Source of the DNA: Octopus vulgaris
Taxonomy: Eukaryota
Assembly (NCBI GenBank): GCA_951406725.2
Contig: CATOCA020000001.1
Coordinates: 11,718,001 to 11,782,000 of the forward strand
Length of the DNA: 64,000 nucleotides
Direction of reading: 5' to 3'
A model generated the notes under the pieces. It was not told the origin of the DNA, ran no database searches, and saw nothing but the letters and a program-made list of their open reading frames with translations. Below, in pieces: positions 1 to 17,255 of this stretch. How positions within the stretch are numbered: the stretch's first letter is position 1; each line of letters opens with the position of its first letter. The position numbers and the translations under genes are program-made.

Positions 1-1448
1 CATTCGGTAATTCGCGTAAATGGACATCTATCGAGACGTTTCGACATCGCACGTTCGGTCCGTCAGGGATGCCCCCTCTCGTCGCTTCTATACGTATTGA
101 CTCTCGAGCCATTATTGCGGAAGCTGGCAACTCTGAGGGGCATCCCGCGAGAATTGGGATGCGGGACGAGCGTGTCTGCATACGCGGATGACGTCACCGT
201 CATAGTGTCTAGCCACGAGCCCATCGAGCTGGTCGGCGAGACACTGAAAAACTACGAAGCGGTGACAGGAGCGAAAATCAACCAGGAAAAGTCAGTGGGC
301 TTGCGACTAGGCACCTGGAGAAGCAAGCCCATGCCGTCCACCAGCGCCTCCGTTGTGGGACGCTAGACCGACGGTCCGGTCGAGTTGCTCAGGGTCTGGT
401 TCAGTCCGGACCTCCAAATGGAGAAGAACTGGAAAGCGATAACGAGTAGGGTGGTCACTCTCGCCCGGCAATGGGCCGAGAGGAAACTGTCCCTAAAAGG
501 TCGGGTGGAGGTGGCGAACACGTACATCGCATCCGTCATCTACTACCGCCTGACCGTCGTGCCTTGTTCCGACCATACCATCACCAAACTAGAACGCATT
601 CTCTTTCGCTTCTTGCGGAAAGAATGCGTCCCGATGGTCAGGTTATCCATTTGCTATCAACACCCGTTAAAAGGAGGACTAGGCATGCCGTGGTTGATGA
701 TGCGCAGACACACGCTGAGACTGCGACATCTCAGGCTCTTCGTAGACGACAGTGAACAGGTGTGGTCGCCGTTTGTGAGGCACGCTTTCCCGCAGCTCGT
801 CTCCATGACCGAACTGCAGTCGTGGATAAAAAAGAGGCCGAAGAAGGGCGAATGGCACCGCGAGTGTCGCTTTGCTCTCAATCAACTCTGCCGTCCCGGG
901 TCGACCTTGAGTGACTCCATCACAACCCAAGCATTCTATAGGGGATTAGTGGAGGGGAGGTACGACGACGAGCTCGGGGCGAACCTGGGCGTCGACGAAG
1001 AATACCTGACCCGCCTATTCGGGACGACTTTCGGGCCAGGGCCCATGGACAACTTCCAGAGATCCCTGGCCTGGCAGTGCTACCGAGAAGCGCTACTCGT
1101 TCGGGATAAGCTCTACAGACACGGCTCCAGAAACACGGGGCCGACCTGCCCGAGATGCGGTCAGAGCGACGAAACCGTTCTGCACGCACTCGTTCAGTGT
1201 CCAACAATTTCCGACCTGTGGGCTTATGTCGACCAACTGCTGTCACGTGTAGGACGAGTCGGTTTATCAGCTGAGTCTATCGTCAATATTGTCAAAATGA
1301 GTCTATCGTCAATATTTTTTTCTTTTTCCCTTTTACGATCCCTTTTGATCGAAAACCTACGCCACTTTTTTTTTATCCCCCAAAAGAAAAGCTCTACCTT
1401 GTAATTTGTCCCATCTGTGTGCAGCCCTGTGTGGCCAATAAAGAAACT
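1..1448 (+). mobile_element. Tx1-type (L1 superfamily) non-LTR retrotransposon copy A: RT and C-terminal part plus 3' end; starts before the window and has an internal deletion
   Basis: RT motifs QGCPLS and AYADD; zinc-finger-like CPRCGQSDETVLHALVQC; premature TAG at 364-366; jump from ORF2 into the 3'UTR near 1295-1315; terminal CAGCCCTGTGTGGCCAATAAAGAAAC followed by TATC repeats. Confidence 0.9.
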
Positions 1449-1679
1449 TATCTATCTAGCAGTCTATCTATCTATTTATCTACAGACGTGCTGTCACTTC
1501 GGCTGCGAAGGTAATCGTTTATTTTGACTATTTATAGCCCAATTTTTGTGTACATTTTTGCAAATAAGGTGTGTAAGGCACCAAACTTTCGTTTGAGTGC
1601 TTTTCCAAGGGAGGAATTCGCCCCTAGGGGCAGTTTCAACCCCATTTCATTTCTGTAATTTTCTTCTCGACATTAGAAA

Positions 1680-3905
1680 ATGTCGAGAAATTTTATTGTA
1701 GAACGGTGGTCGCGTTCCTTTATGGACCAGCATTTTCCTAGTTTGGAAACGCTAGAAGAAAAAAAGAACGTACGCACGCAAAGTGCAAACATGAATAACG
1801 GTCGAATGAACGCTGCAACCACGTGCGGTAACAGCCCTGTCACCACCACCACCACCACCACTAACAACAACAACCACGAGACTACTACTGCTACCACCAC
1901 CGCCTCCACCACCACCACCACCACCGCCATCTCATCCACTACCTTAACTACCGACAACAACAACAATAACAATAACAACAAGAATAATAACATTTGCGCC
2001 ACCATTTCGACATCTGCTGCCACGGCTGTCTCTTCTGCTACTGACACCACCGCCAACAACAAAAACAACAATAACAACAACAACAATCCCGTTCAGACCT
2101 TGTCTCCTCAAAGAACAAGAACTGAAGGGAATAAACAAAAGACTGTGACCACCAAACAAATTGACAAAAGCTGCTTGAATACAGGGATAAACTATGCAAG
2201 TAATTTTCCACCCCTTCCTACTTGCACAATCAAACCAAATACACCGATTTTACCAACTGCAGCCAACAACAACATCACCACCAGCAACAACAATAACAAA
2301 ACAACAACAAATTTCGCCGAGGCGATGAAAGAAAAAAGACAACAGTATATTTTACTGCACAACAAATAAAAGACACGAACATTTTAATAACAGAAGTAGA
2401 TGGTATAGTAAAAATAAATATACCACAAGAAATATTAGAAAATGAAAAAAAAAGAACAATTATTTATAAAATAATTAATAAGAAAACAAAAAGTCCAGAG
2501 AAGGCTAACACAAGCAAAATCGAAAAATGCTTGAAACCCACCTGGAACTACAAAGAGTATGTGACCTGGTGGAACAAGTTCGCACACATACAAGTGGTAT
2601 TCCACACTGAAGAGTTAGCAAGACGTTTCTCAACGCTAACTCTTCATTCAGATGAACTTCAACTAACACCAAGCTATCGTGGACAGAAAGTGACTAAGAT
2701 CACTTTAAACAATGTCCCAAAAATAGCTAACAATTTATGGCTAGTAAAGGCCTTACGTGTGAAAATGGAAGATTTCACAATTTTAGAAACCACGGTCACG
2801 GAGCACAAAAACTGGGTGGGAAAAAAAGTAGAATTTCTACTACATATAAACCAAGAGGACATAAAGAAAATACCCACCCAGATATGTGTATCAGAAGACC
2901 ACAAGTTGTATGTGGTCGTCGATGGCAGAAGACCACGTTGCTACATATGCGGCAGTGAGCAACACCTAAAAAAATATTGCAAATCTGCCACAAGAAAACA
3001 ACAGCAACAACAACAGCAGCCGGAAAAAACAAATAAACCAGCTTTACTACCCACACCACGTTTTGCACGAACAGGACTAATCACAGAAAATCAACAAAAA
3101 GCAAACCTCACCAACCAAACAACCACACCAACTGCACCAAGAACAGAAGCAACACCACCAACAACAACAACCAAGAATAAACCAACTCCTAAACCAAGGA
3201 CATCTGCCAAAAAGACACTCATCGAAAATGAAGAAACAATTACTACTCCAAATCCCCACAAAATTGACACCCCAAACAACACAACAATACCTACAATCAC
3301 TCAAACACAAAATACCCACACCCCACCTCCAAAACCGCATACACCACAACCTAACGCTCACCAACCAACACCAACAACAAAATCAACACAGTCTACAATA
3401 GACCCCAATATTTTCCCTCTTTCAAGCTCTGATTCTTCTGATTTGTCATTAGACGAAGAAGACACAGAAGATTGGCAAATAGCCACAGGGGGGAGAAGAA
3501 AAGGGGAAAAAAAGAAAAGAAAAGATAACAAACAAAGCAGGAAGATTCACCACTCCCGAAACAAAAACATCCACAGAAAACAAACACATCAACACAAACA
3601 CACCATCATCAAGCCCCCCAACAATGTTGACAGCCATAAACACAAACAACCACGACCTAATGGAACACATTAGGTCAAACACCAACATAACTGAAAACGA
3701 CATAAAAACAAGTAACCACCCACGCACAACACCACCACAACACATTAAAATAATACACGTAACACAGAACACATACAGCACCCTGAAATCTCTTTACCTT
3801 GATGCTGTAGAGAGATTTCAAAAGTACTCATCAAAGAAACTATACAAAAACCTCATGGAAGAAGACTGTGAGGTGAAAAACAAAGGACTTTCGAACAACA
3901 AGTAA
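1680..3905 (+). pseudogene. ORF1 of copy B: nucleic-acid-binding protein with a CCHC zinc knuckle and Thr/Asn/Pro-rich low-complexity arms (frameshifted)
   Basis: ORF pieces 1680-2369, ~2399-3673 and 3624-3905 lie in different frames; CYICGSEQHLKKYC is a C-X2-C-X4-H-X4-C knuckle at ~2940-2980; lies upstream of the APE-RT ORF. Confidence 0.8.
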
Positions 3906-3971
3906 CCTTTTCTCTCTCTCTTTCCTTTTTTGCACTTTCTTTTCGTGTGTAAAACACAATTTTATCGGAAC

Positions 3972-6900
3972 ATGCTCAGAATAGGCAGTATAAATGTACG
4001 TGGCTTGGGGTCGCCTTGGAAACAAGGCTACCTGTTAAATGACATCAAGTCACTAAATCTGAATATCATAGCCATCAGTGAGACCAGACTCCACAGCTTG
4101 CGAGCACTCCAGCACAGTTTCGGTACACATTTCAACATTTATTTTTCTCCGTGTCTACCGAGAATGGACGGAGGTGGCACCGCGGTGCTTCTCCGGAAGA
4201 GTCTGGATCTCAAAGTAAGAGCAATTTTCCTAGACCCAGAGGGTAGGCTGGTCGTTTTGGATGTCGATGGCAGCAATGAGTGTGCTTTTCGACTGATAGC
4301 AGTTTATGCTCCGTCCTTAACAGGCCGACCAGATTTCTTTCGACGTCTAGAGTCTTTCATGGGAACGTCTCGTCCTTTACTTTTAGTGGGGGATTGGAAT
4401 GCCACCCTGGACACGCATCTAGACTACGTGGGCAGAGATAGCAATAGAAGGGGATGCAAATGCCTCAAAGACCTGCTCAGACGTTTCCAACTGTCTGACA
4501 GGTACCGACTGGACCACCCGAATGTGCCAATGTGGACATGGAGTAACCGCATCGGGTCGTCCAGATCATACTTAGATAGAGTATTCTGTAGGACAATAGA
4601 TAAAAATAGTGTAGGTTGTCCACAATTTCATATAGTCAGTTACACAGATCACAAGTTTGTGACTTGTACACTTGACTTAGATAAGACACATAGGCAGGGT
4701 CCTGGTTACTGGAAACTGAACGCGTCTTTTACAGCACGACAGGTTTACAGGGACCGGATCAGCACATTAGTTAAGAGAGCTTTGACGGGTACCATCATCA
4801 ACAACAGATGGTGGTATGCCCTAAAAAAGCAATTAAAGCAGAATCAGTCAGATACAGTAAAGCCCTAGCATTAGACCGAAATAGAATAGAGGGAGAATTA
4901 GTTAAGGTTTTAGAAGAGGCACTTAGAACTGGCATCGCGTCCAACGTGCTGGCGGCGAGATTGGCCCTCGACCAACACCTCAACGCCAAACACGAGGGAT
5001 GCGTTGTCAGAGCTAGGATGCGTGCTCTGAGGAACGAAGGAGTTGGAGCCGCCCAAGAGGCCCGAGTGGTGGAGACGCAACGAGGCAACAGAGCCACCAT
5101 CAAGTCTCTTATAGATGAACAGGGGCGCGAATTGCTCGAGCCCAAAAGGATGTGTGGGGCTTTTCAACAACACTTCACCCGACTGTTTGGGACAAGTGGT
5201 GGGTCAGAACGCAGAGTGGACTTTAGTGCCTACCTGCATGCCTTGCCACGACTCTCAGCAAGAGAGGTGGAGTCTTGTGAAAGGCCTATCACAGCTGCGG
5301 ACGTACAGGATGCGATGGTAGGCTGCGCGAGAGACAAGTCACCAGGCTTGGATGGTCTGCCCTACGAACTTTATTTTCATATGCCAGACTTGTTTGGAGG
5401 CGTCTTGGCAGCAGTCTACTGCAACTGGCAGCAAAACGGGAGTATTCCTGCTTTTGTAAAGCGAGGAGCAGTGGCACTGATTAAGAAAGACCCAAACAAG
5501 GGGGACGTCATAGATAATTTCAGGCCCATCACTCTGCTCAACGGAGATTTGAAAATTTTGGCCAAGGTGTTAGCCGAGAGGTTGGCACTTGTCATCAAGA
5601 AACTAATCGACAAGGCGCAAACATGCGCCGTGCCGGGTAGAAGTATTCATGACAACCTCCATCTGATGCGCTACATCATAGACAGGGTAGTTAAGAATCC
5701 TGGCATGGGTGGAGCGCTGATCAATTTGGATCAATCAAAAGCTTTCGATAGGGTAGACCATCACTACTTGGAGGCTGTCCTTAAAGCGGCTGGTTTCGGT
5801 CCAGTTTTCCGCGGTTGGATCGCTGCCTTATACAGCGGCATCCGCTCAGTAGTTCGCGTAAATGGTCATCTATCCAGACCTTTTAACATCATGCGTTCGG
5901 TTCGTCAGGGATGCCCCCTCTCATCGCTACTGTATGTATTGACTCTTGAGCCACTACTGCGGAAACTGGCGACGCTGAGGGGCATCCCACGAGAGCTGGG
6001 ATGCGGGAGGAGCGTGTCTGCATACGCGGATGACGTCACCGTCATAGTGTCGAGCTACGAGCACATCGAGCTGGTCGGCGAGACACTAAAAGAATACGAA
6101 GCGGTAACGGGAGCAAAAATTAACCGGGAAAAGTCAGTGGGCTTGCGGCTCGGCACCTGGAGAAGCAGGCCCATGCCGTCCAACAGCGTCTCCATCGTGG
6201 GACGCTGGACGGACGGACCGATTAAATTGCTCAGGGTCTGGTTCGGTCCGGACCTCCAAATGGAGAAGAACTGGGGCGAGATAACGACTAGGGTGGCTAC
6301 TCTCACCCAGAAATGGGCTGAGAGAAAGCTATCCCTAAAAGGTCGGGCGGAGGTGGCGAACGCGTACATCGCATCCGTCATCGAGTATCGTCTGACCGTC
6401 GTGCCTTGTCCCGACCCTACCATCACCAAACTGGAACGTATACTCTTCCGCTTCTTGTGGAAGGGAAACGTTCCGATGGTTAGGCGATCCATTTGCTGTC
6501 AACACCCGCTAAATGGAGGGCTGGGCATGCCGTGGTTGATGCGCAGAAATGCGCTGAGACTGCGACATCTCCGGCGCTTCATAGACAACGGTGAACAGGT
6601 GGTCGCCTTTTGTGCGGCGCGCTTTTCCGCAGCTCGTCTTCTTGGACGAACTACAGTCATGGATCAAGCAGAGACCGAGGCTAGGCGAATGGCACCGCGA
6701 GTGTCGCGTTGCTCTCAAGCAACCCTGCCGTCCGGGATCGAACTTGTGCGACTCCATCACAACAAAGGCATTCTATAGAGGATTAGTGGAGGGGAGGTGC
6801 GACGACGAACTCGGGCAGAGTCTGGGCGTCGACGATGAACACCTGACCCGCCTGTTCAGGACAACTTTCGGGCCGGGACCTATGAACAATCACCAAAGAT

Positions 6901-7334
6901 CCCTGGCCTGGTAGTGCTATCGAGAAGCATTACCTGTTCGGGATAAGCTCTACAGACACGTGCAATGTCCAACCATTTCAGACCTGTGGGCTTATGCCGA
7001 ACGGCTGCTGTCACGTGTGGGACGAATCCGCCTATCGGCCGAGTCTATCGTGAGTATTGCTCCGTCCCCTTCCCTCAACCGGGAAGGCAAGGCAGTTTTC
7101 ATCGTACTGGTGGCCATGGTGAAAGAATGTGTGTGGTGGACCCGAGCGAAAGGATTAGAGACAAACACTTACCTCTCTGGCCAATCGCTCATCAACTTTT
7201 TCAAGTACCACTTGAAAAGGAAGGTGAGAATGGAGAGGGAAGTTTTGTCTCGCGAAAGATTCAAAAAAAGATGGGTGAATGTTGCAAAGATGGTGCGTGC
7301 GAGTGACGAAACCATTTTGAGCATAATCCTGTAG
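3972..7334 (+). pseudogene. ORF2 of copy B: APE endonuclease plus reverse transcriptase (frameshifted, C-terminal zinc finger partly deleted)
   Basis: ATG at 3972 (MLRIGSINVRG); APE motifs SETR, VYAP, GDWNA, YLDRV, TDH; linker GPGYWKLN; RT motifs [39 protein letters not shown]; frameshifts near 4825, 6540 and 6600; stop at 6912-6914. Confidence 0.92.
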
Positions 7335-7632
7335 ATCGTAAAAAAGAAAGAAAGAGAGCATTTTGATCTCATGTGGTTATTTCCTCCCTGACTGAGTTTC
7401 CCGTGGTCTTTTCTGTAGGCTTTTCTTCCCACGGATGAACCCAATCTTGTTTTATCAATGTTTTTATCATTGTTTCTGTGATACACGATTTCTTTTCTTT
7501 TTTTCCTCCTCTCGATCCCTTTTGATCGCAATCTTACATTTATTTTCTTTTTTTTCCACCCTCGAAAAGAAAAGCTCTGCATTTGTATTTGTCCCCTCTG
7601 TATTCAGCCCTGTGTGGCTAATAAAAGAAAGT

Positions 7633-11289
<3,657 letters not shown>

Positions 11290-11384
<95 letters not shown>
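11290..11384 (+). repeat. (TATC)n microsatellite between copies C and D
   Basis: Direct reading. Confidence 0.95.
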
Positions 11385-12474
11385 GGCACCGCGAGTGTCG
11401 CGTTGCTCTCAAGCAACTCTGCCGTCCTGGGTCGACCTTAAGTGACTTCAACACAACCAAAGCATTCTATAGGGGTTTAGTGGAGGGGAGGTACGACGAC
11501 GAGCTCGGGGCGAACCTGGACGTCGACGAGGAGTACCTGACCCGCCTGTTCAGGACGACTTTCGGGCCAGAGCCCATGGACAACTTCCAGAGATCCCTGG
11601 CCTGGCAGTGCTACCGAGAAGCGCTACCCGTTCGGGATAAGCTCTACAGACACGGCTCGAGAAACACGGGGCAGACTTGCCCGAGATGCGGTCAGAGCGA
11701 CGAAACCGTTCTGCACGCACTCGTTCAGTGTCCAACAATTTCCGACCTGTGGGCTTATGTCGAACAACTGCTGTCACGTGTGGGACGAGTCGGTTTATCA
11801 GCTGAGTCTATCGTCAATATTGTCACGCCTCCTTCCTTCAAACGGGAAGGAAGAGCTATTTTCATCATCCTTGTGGCTATGGCGAAAGAATGTATCTGGT
11901 GGACACGTCTGAAAGGATTGGAGACAAACACTTTCCTCTCTGGTCAATCTCTCATCAACTTCTTCAAGTACCACTTGAAAAGGAAAGTGAGAGTAGAGAG
12001 GCAAGTTTTGTCTAGCGAATGTTTTAAAAAAAGATGGGTGAATGTAGCAAGAATGGCACGTATGAATGACGAAGCCACCTTGAGCATAATCCTATGAACC
12101 CAGAAATTGAAAACAGAGATTTGCTTATTTGCAAAAAAAAAAAAAAAAAAAGAAAAAAGAAATATAAAATGTGACTTCATTGACCGAGGTTACCGTGGTC
12201 TTTTCCGTAGGCTTTTCTTTCCACGGGTAAACCTCACCTGTCCTCCCCTTTACACTTCATATTGACATTTCTGTGATAACGATCCCTATTGATCAATTTT
12301 TTTTTCCTCTCCCCCTTTTTTTAACCCCCCTTTTTTGTCCTCTTTCTCTCCTTTTACGATCCCTTTTGATCGAAACTCCCCCTTTCCTTTTTTTTTGTTA
12401 AACCTTCAAAAGAAAAGCTCTACCTTGTAATTTGTTCTATCTGTGTGCAGCCCTGTGTGGCTAATAAAGAAACA
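11383..12474 (+). mobile_element. Tx1-type copy D, 5'-truncated (~1.1 kb)
   Basis: Begins at WHRECRVALKQ; open C-terminal ORF2 with the CPRC...H...C finger to the stop at 12097; 3'UTR nearly identical to copy C. Confidence 0.92.
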
Positions 12475-12480
12475 TATCTA

Positions 12481-12552
<72 letters not shown>
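12475..12552 (+). repeat. (TATC)n/(TGTC)n microsatellite between copies D and E
   Basis: Direct reading. Confidence 0.95.
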
Positions 12553-13319
<767 letters not shown>

Positions 13320-13364
13320 CTTATAACTACGTATGTATGTCTGTGTACCTGTGTGTGTATGTCC

Positions 13365-13517
13365 GACGGCCTTCTCTCAGTTACTGTTTTCGAAATTACC
13401 CTCACAGGGTTCTCCTCGGCCGGTGATTATAACAGAAGACATTTGGCCAAGGTGACGAGCAGTGGGACTGAACCTATGTGATTGGGAAGCAAGCTTCTCT
13501 CCACACAGCGACGCCTT
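13365..13517 (-). mobile_element. Degenerate tRNA-derived SINE (same family as 60908-61062)
   Basis: Minus strand reads AGGCGTCGCTGTGTGGAGAGAAGCTTGCTTCC...GGTTCAGTCCCACTG...CCTTGGCCAA, with an A/B-box-like head; similar to the 61 kb copy. Confidence 0.6.
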
Positions 13518-13729
13518 CAACTGCAACAATGCCGGCTCTCTTACTAATTCTATCGTTATTTTGAATGAATCTCCCGATATTGAACTCATTAAGTCACAGG
13601 ATACAAAGCCATACCCGTAATGCATAACTGAAACCATATATAGGCAGCGCGTCGTTTTTCTAGAGAATAAAGGTCGAGCGTCTTCAGCCTTTCTTCATAA
13701 GACAAATGCTTGAGACCAAGAACCATGCG

Positions 13730-14715
13730 GGTAAGTGGTGTGACCAGTTTTTGTAGATAGATATATGGTTATCAACTTGCTTGACATTGGAGTTGAGCAG
13801 AAAACGGGAAGTTTGGTTCGTGAGGTTTACTACGGTAGAGGTGAAAACGCTATGTCATAGATGTGACAGAAATACCACCTTGACCATGATCGATTGGCTG
13901 AGTGTATTGACGACACCAGAGATCACAGTGCACCCTCCACTTCTGTCTTCATCTTGACCTTCTCATCTACGTAGCATGTCGTATTTCGTCAAACACTCAC
14001 TTTTGGATTCGCTCTCAGTGACCTCCTCTGCTCGCGTATATAACTCTCAACAACTGTGCATCTCTAAATATTTTCAGTGAGCTGGTTACCTGTCCCATCT
14101 GAAATTTTGCCATAAGTTTTTAGTGATGATGTCTCTCACACTTGATTTCTCTCTGATCACCTCACTCCTGATGTGCAAATTTAGCAACACTCCATAACCT
14201 CGATTTTTCGATTGTGCTTTGGGCCATTATCAGACTCACATCCTCCCTCTTCGTTGTGTACCAGCTTTCACACCTGTTGTAAATTGCAGGTAAATAGGTG
14301 TCGTTGAAGAGGTTTATGCGATTGGTCCAATCCAGCTTCGTTTTGAGACCAACTTTCATATATCAACGCAATGTATTGTGACATCCAACATAATTTAACA
14401 ATATTGCAATTACTTGACGTAATTATCTCTTTATAGCACTGTTTTTCAGTAGTTGACTTATCCTCTCTTTATACCTGTACCTTAAACTCCCTGAAAATCA
14501 GAGAAATACGGAAGGAAAGAGAAAACTAAAAGCAAAATATTGTTATGAAGAGACAATGAAATTAAATAATTACAATATTGTTAAATTTTATTTGATGTCT
14601 GAATACAGAGAGTATAGATAGGAAATTAGTTTATATTTTGGTTGCTCTTAATATAGAGTTTTGTTATATTGAAACTGTAAAGTGTGCTGACCAAAAGCAT
14701 AGTGGTCAGCCGTTG
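13730..14715. repeat. Segmental duplication copy 1, near-identical to 17256-18242
   Basis: Base-by-base match at offset 3526; identical 65-aa ORFs at 14162 and 17688. Confidence 0.95.
13990..14360 (-). mobile_element. Old RTE-like LINE C-terminal fragment (duplicated at ~17516-17886)
   Basis: RINLFNDTYLPAIYNRCESW...LIMAQSTIEKS resembles the post-RT RTE motif LFxxxVLPxxxYGxExW...LxVxQRxME. Confidence 0.55.
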
Positions 14716-14817
14716 ACCATTGACAATAGAAATATGTCACAATAGTGAAATATAGATTATTAACAAAGATAAGCACATCATCCTATACAACGCAAATCTT
14801 GAAAATATTCATTTCAG

Positions 14818-14904
14818 AACATTCAACAGGAAGTATGGTATCGGGAGCCAGTACCGATTCCGGTTTACAATCATCTTCTGGAGTAGATGAATCAGAGAAA
14901 GATT
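14818..14904 (+). CDS. Putative 87-bp phase-1/1 micro-exon (Ser/acidic: EHSTGSMVSGASTDSGLQSSSGVDESEKD)
   Basis: ATTTCAG acceptor, GTAAGT donor, length divisible by 3, open frame, context homologous to the other micro-exons. Confidence 0.6.
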
Positions 14905-17255
14905 GTAAGTATGAAATAATATTAAGTTACCGATTTCTATACATTTCACCTTCTCCCGTGCTTTTGTATGTTGAACGACTGAGTACAGATTCTATCCCTA
15001 ATTAGATTCGAAAAGTTTGCTGTATAATAATTCTATTCAATATATCGATATTACTGAGATTTCACAAAATATCCAACGAGGTTAGAGTTGTTTGTAAAAT
15101 GAAAATTGAAACGGGAATATATTTAGTATAGTTTTGAGAAAGAGAGAACTAAGCTAATTTGTTTAGGAATATAAATTTAGAGTTAATGACAGCAGTTTTT
15201 GTCACATTTTTTACCAAGTTTACTCGTAGGTTATTGTTGTTATTGTTGCTATTTAAACGGATGTTTCTCATAATCTAGAAGAATTATAATTAAATGCGTT
15301 CCAAGTGTAAACTCTCTGTTATATTACACTGGTAGTAATTTTATTATTACATCCACTACACATTGTCTTTTCCCGAATAGAAAACATTTCTTTGCTACTG
15401 TGATAATCGGTATCTGCCTTTCTTACTTCATGAAAGATACAGGTTGCACGAAGCAAGTGAATCACAGGCAACAACCCCGACATTTATCGTCAGATTTGCA
15501 GGCTCCTATGGATTAGATGAGTTGTCACTGTCCAAGTCAGTTCTTCTTCAGAACTGCTTCCCTTCTTCATTCGTAGAGGAACATATATCTCTTAAACATG
15601 ACTGCTTTCATATAGTGCTATGCCATTCCTGACACCAACCACTTTATACAGGGTTCTAGGTGCATTTTATTGTTGCAAAGCATGTGAAATATTATCGTCT
15701 CTCTAAGAAAATGTCTAACAAAATCAGGAACGAAGAATTTGAGCTTGAGGACTGCAGCAAGAAAGAAGTAGTTATCTTTGGGTATAAGGTAAGGTGAGGC
15801 TGTACATTAGAAAGTTTCAAGTCTTGTACAAGGTTTTGTCGTAGGCATCATGTAATGGTGGAACTTTCAGGTATAAAGTTGGTGCCATTGATGGCTGGTG
15901 GAAGAGAGAAAGATTTTGTGTACAAATGAAGCTAAAGCGAAACTAATTCGCAAGTTCGCACCGATTGCAATTCTGATTGCTAAGATTTCCATGGTCAGAG
16001 ATCAAATACACATCGACAAAATAACTCTAATGAGACTGAAAGTGTGAATGCAAAAGAATCCGTTGACATCCTGAGTGTTTGGGACATGCCTTGTAAAAGT
16101 GGGGCCAACGCACATAGAAAAATAGAAGTGATTTGAATGTTGTATGGCTGGATCAGTCTAATGCTTAGGGATGTGAACAACATAAATCATGTAGGAAAGC
16201 AATGGCCTTCGTTTATATACTGGAGGATTTTAAAAATATGACGAAGAGTTGGTTTAACAATTTCCAAATGCTATTCGTTACACACATATTATACAGAGAC
16301 TAGCATTGGCGTGAAACTGGAGTAAGATGCAAAATGTCAGTCTTTGTTAATGAGATGTTACTCAGATCAGCAGACTGCTCAGCAGATATGGCTGAAGAAA
16401 CACCATCGATGACATACAAATAAGGGAAAGAGATCAAAAGAACATGCTAATAGTTTTGGACAACCGGAATGGACTATCTCCTTGGTCGAGAATAAGGCTG
16501 AATGCAATCAAATAATACGGTTTTTTTTAATTGTCAAATGTCAGCAGAAACAAGTGATATACAACGTATCAGGAGAAACCATGACATATTTTAATGACAA
16601 ATTTGTAAGTATTTCGTATGCTGGTAGGCTTCCCCATTGTCTAGTAAGAGTAGAGATATTGAGATCATGGTAAAATCGATGATGGTTTATAAGCAAAAGA
16701 TTTGTGAAAACCTCAAAGTATATATAGTATATGACGTTTCTAGCATGGCTTGCGTATGTATTTTTGAGAATCAGTTCTATTATGTACCATTTCGGATGCA
16801 TTTTATGCAATGATGTGTAGATAAACAGTTGTGTAGTGTTTGGGGTACCTGATATCAATTAATTTAGTAGAATAAATCATTACTCATCTGGAAAGAAAAC
16901 TGTTCCTTAAGGATGTTTCACACATCTTCTGTATCAGAAGACATTCTGGCGAACGTTGGTGAGAGCGGTTAAACTTAAAGATTACCAGCAGCAATGTTTC
17001 ACACAGAGAGTAGGTGCTTGTTGTCTAAAGTGAAGTGGTGTGAAACGTATTTGTAGATAGATATTTGATGATTAACCTTGTTGACACTGGAAGTGAGCAG
17101 AAAATTATAAGAATGTTTGATTAGTGAGGTCTACTGTAGATGCGAAAACGCCATGTCATAGATGCGTCACAAATACGCAGGTTGATGTGGGCAGTTAAAA
17201 TCAAAGATTACCAGAAGCAACGTTTCACAGAGAGAGCAGGTTCTTTCTGTCTAAC

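Larger units (their letters stand above)
1483..7632 (+). mobile_element. Full-length (~6.1 kb) Tx1-type non-LTR retrotransposon copy B (5'UTR, ORF1, ORF2, 3'UTR), disabled by frameshifts
   Basis: Flanked on both sides by TATC repeats; gag-like ORF1 with a CCHC knuckle; APE+RT ORF2; 3' terminal motif shared with the other four copies. Confidence 0.9.

Noticed and set aside
1620-1631. Perfect 12-bp palindrome GCCCCTAGGGGC in the Tx1 5'UTR
   Set aside because: Single occurrence with no second 5'UTR in the window to test conservation; could be chance.
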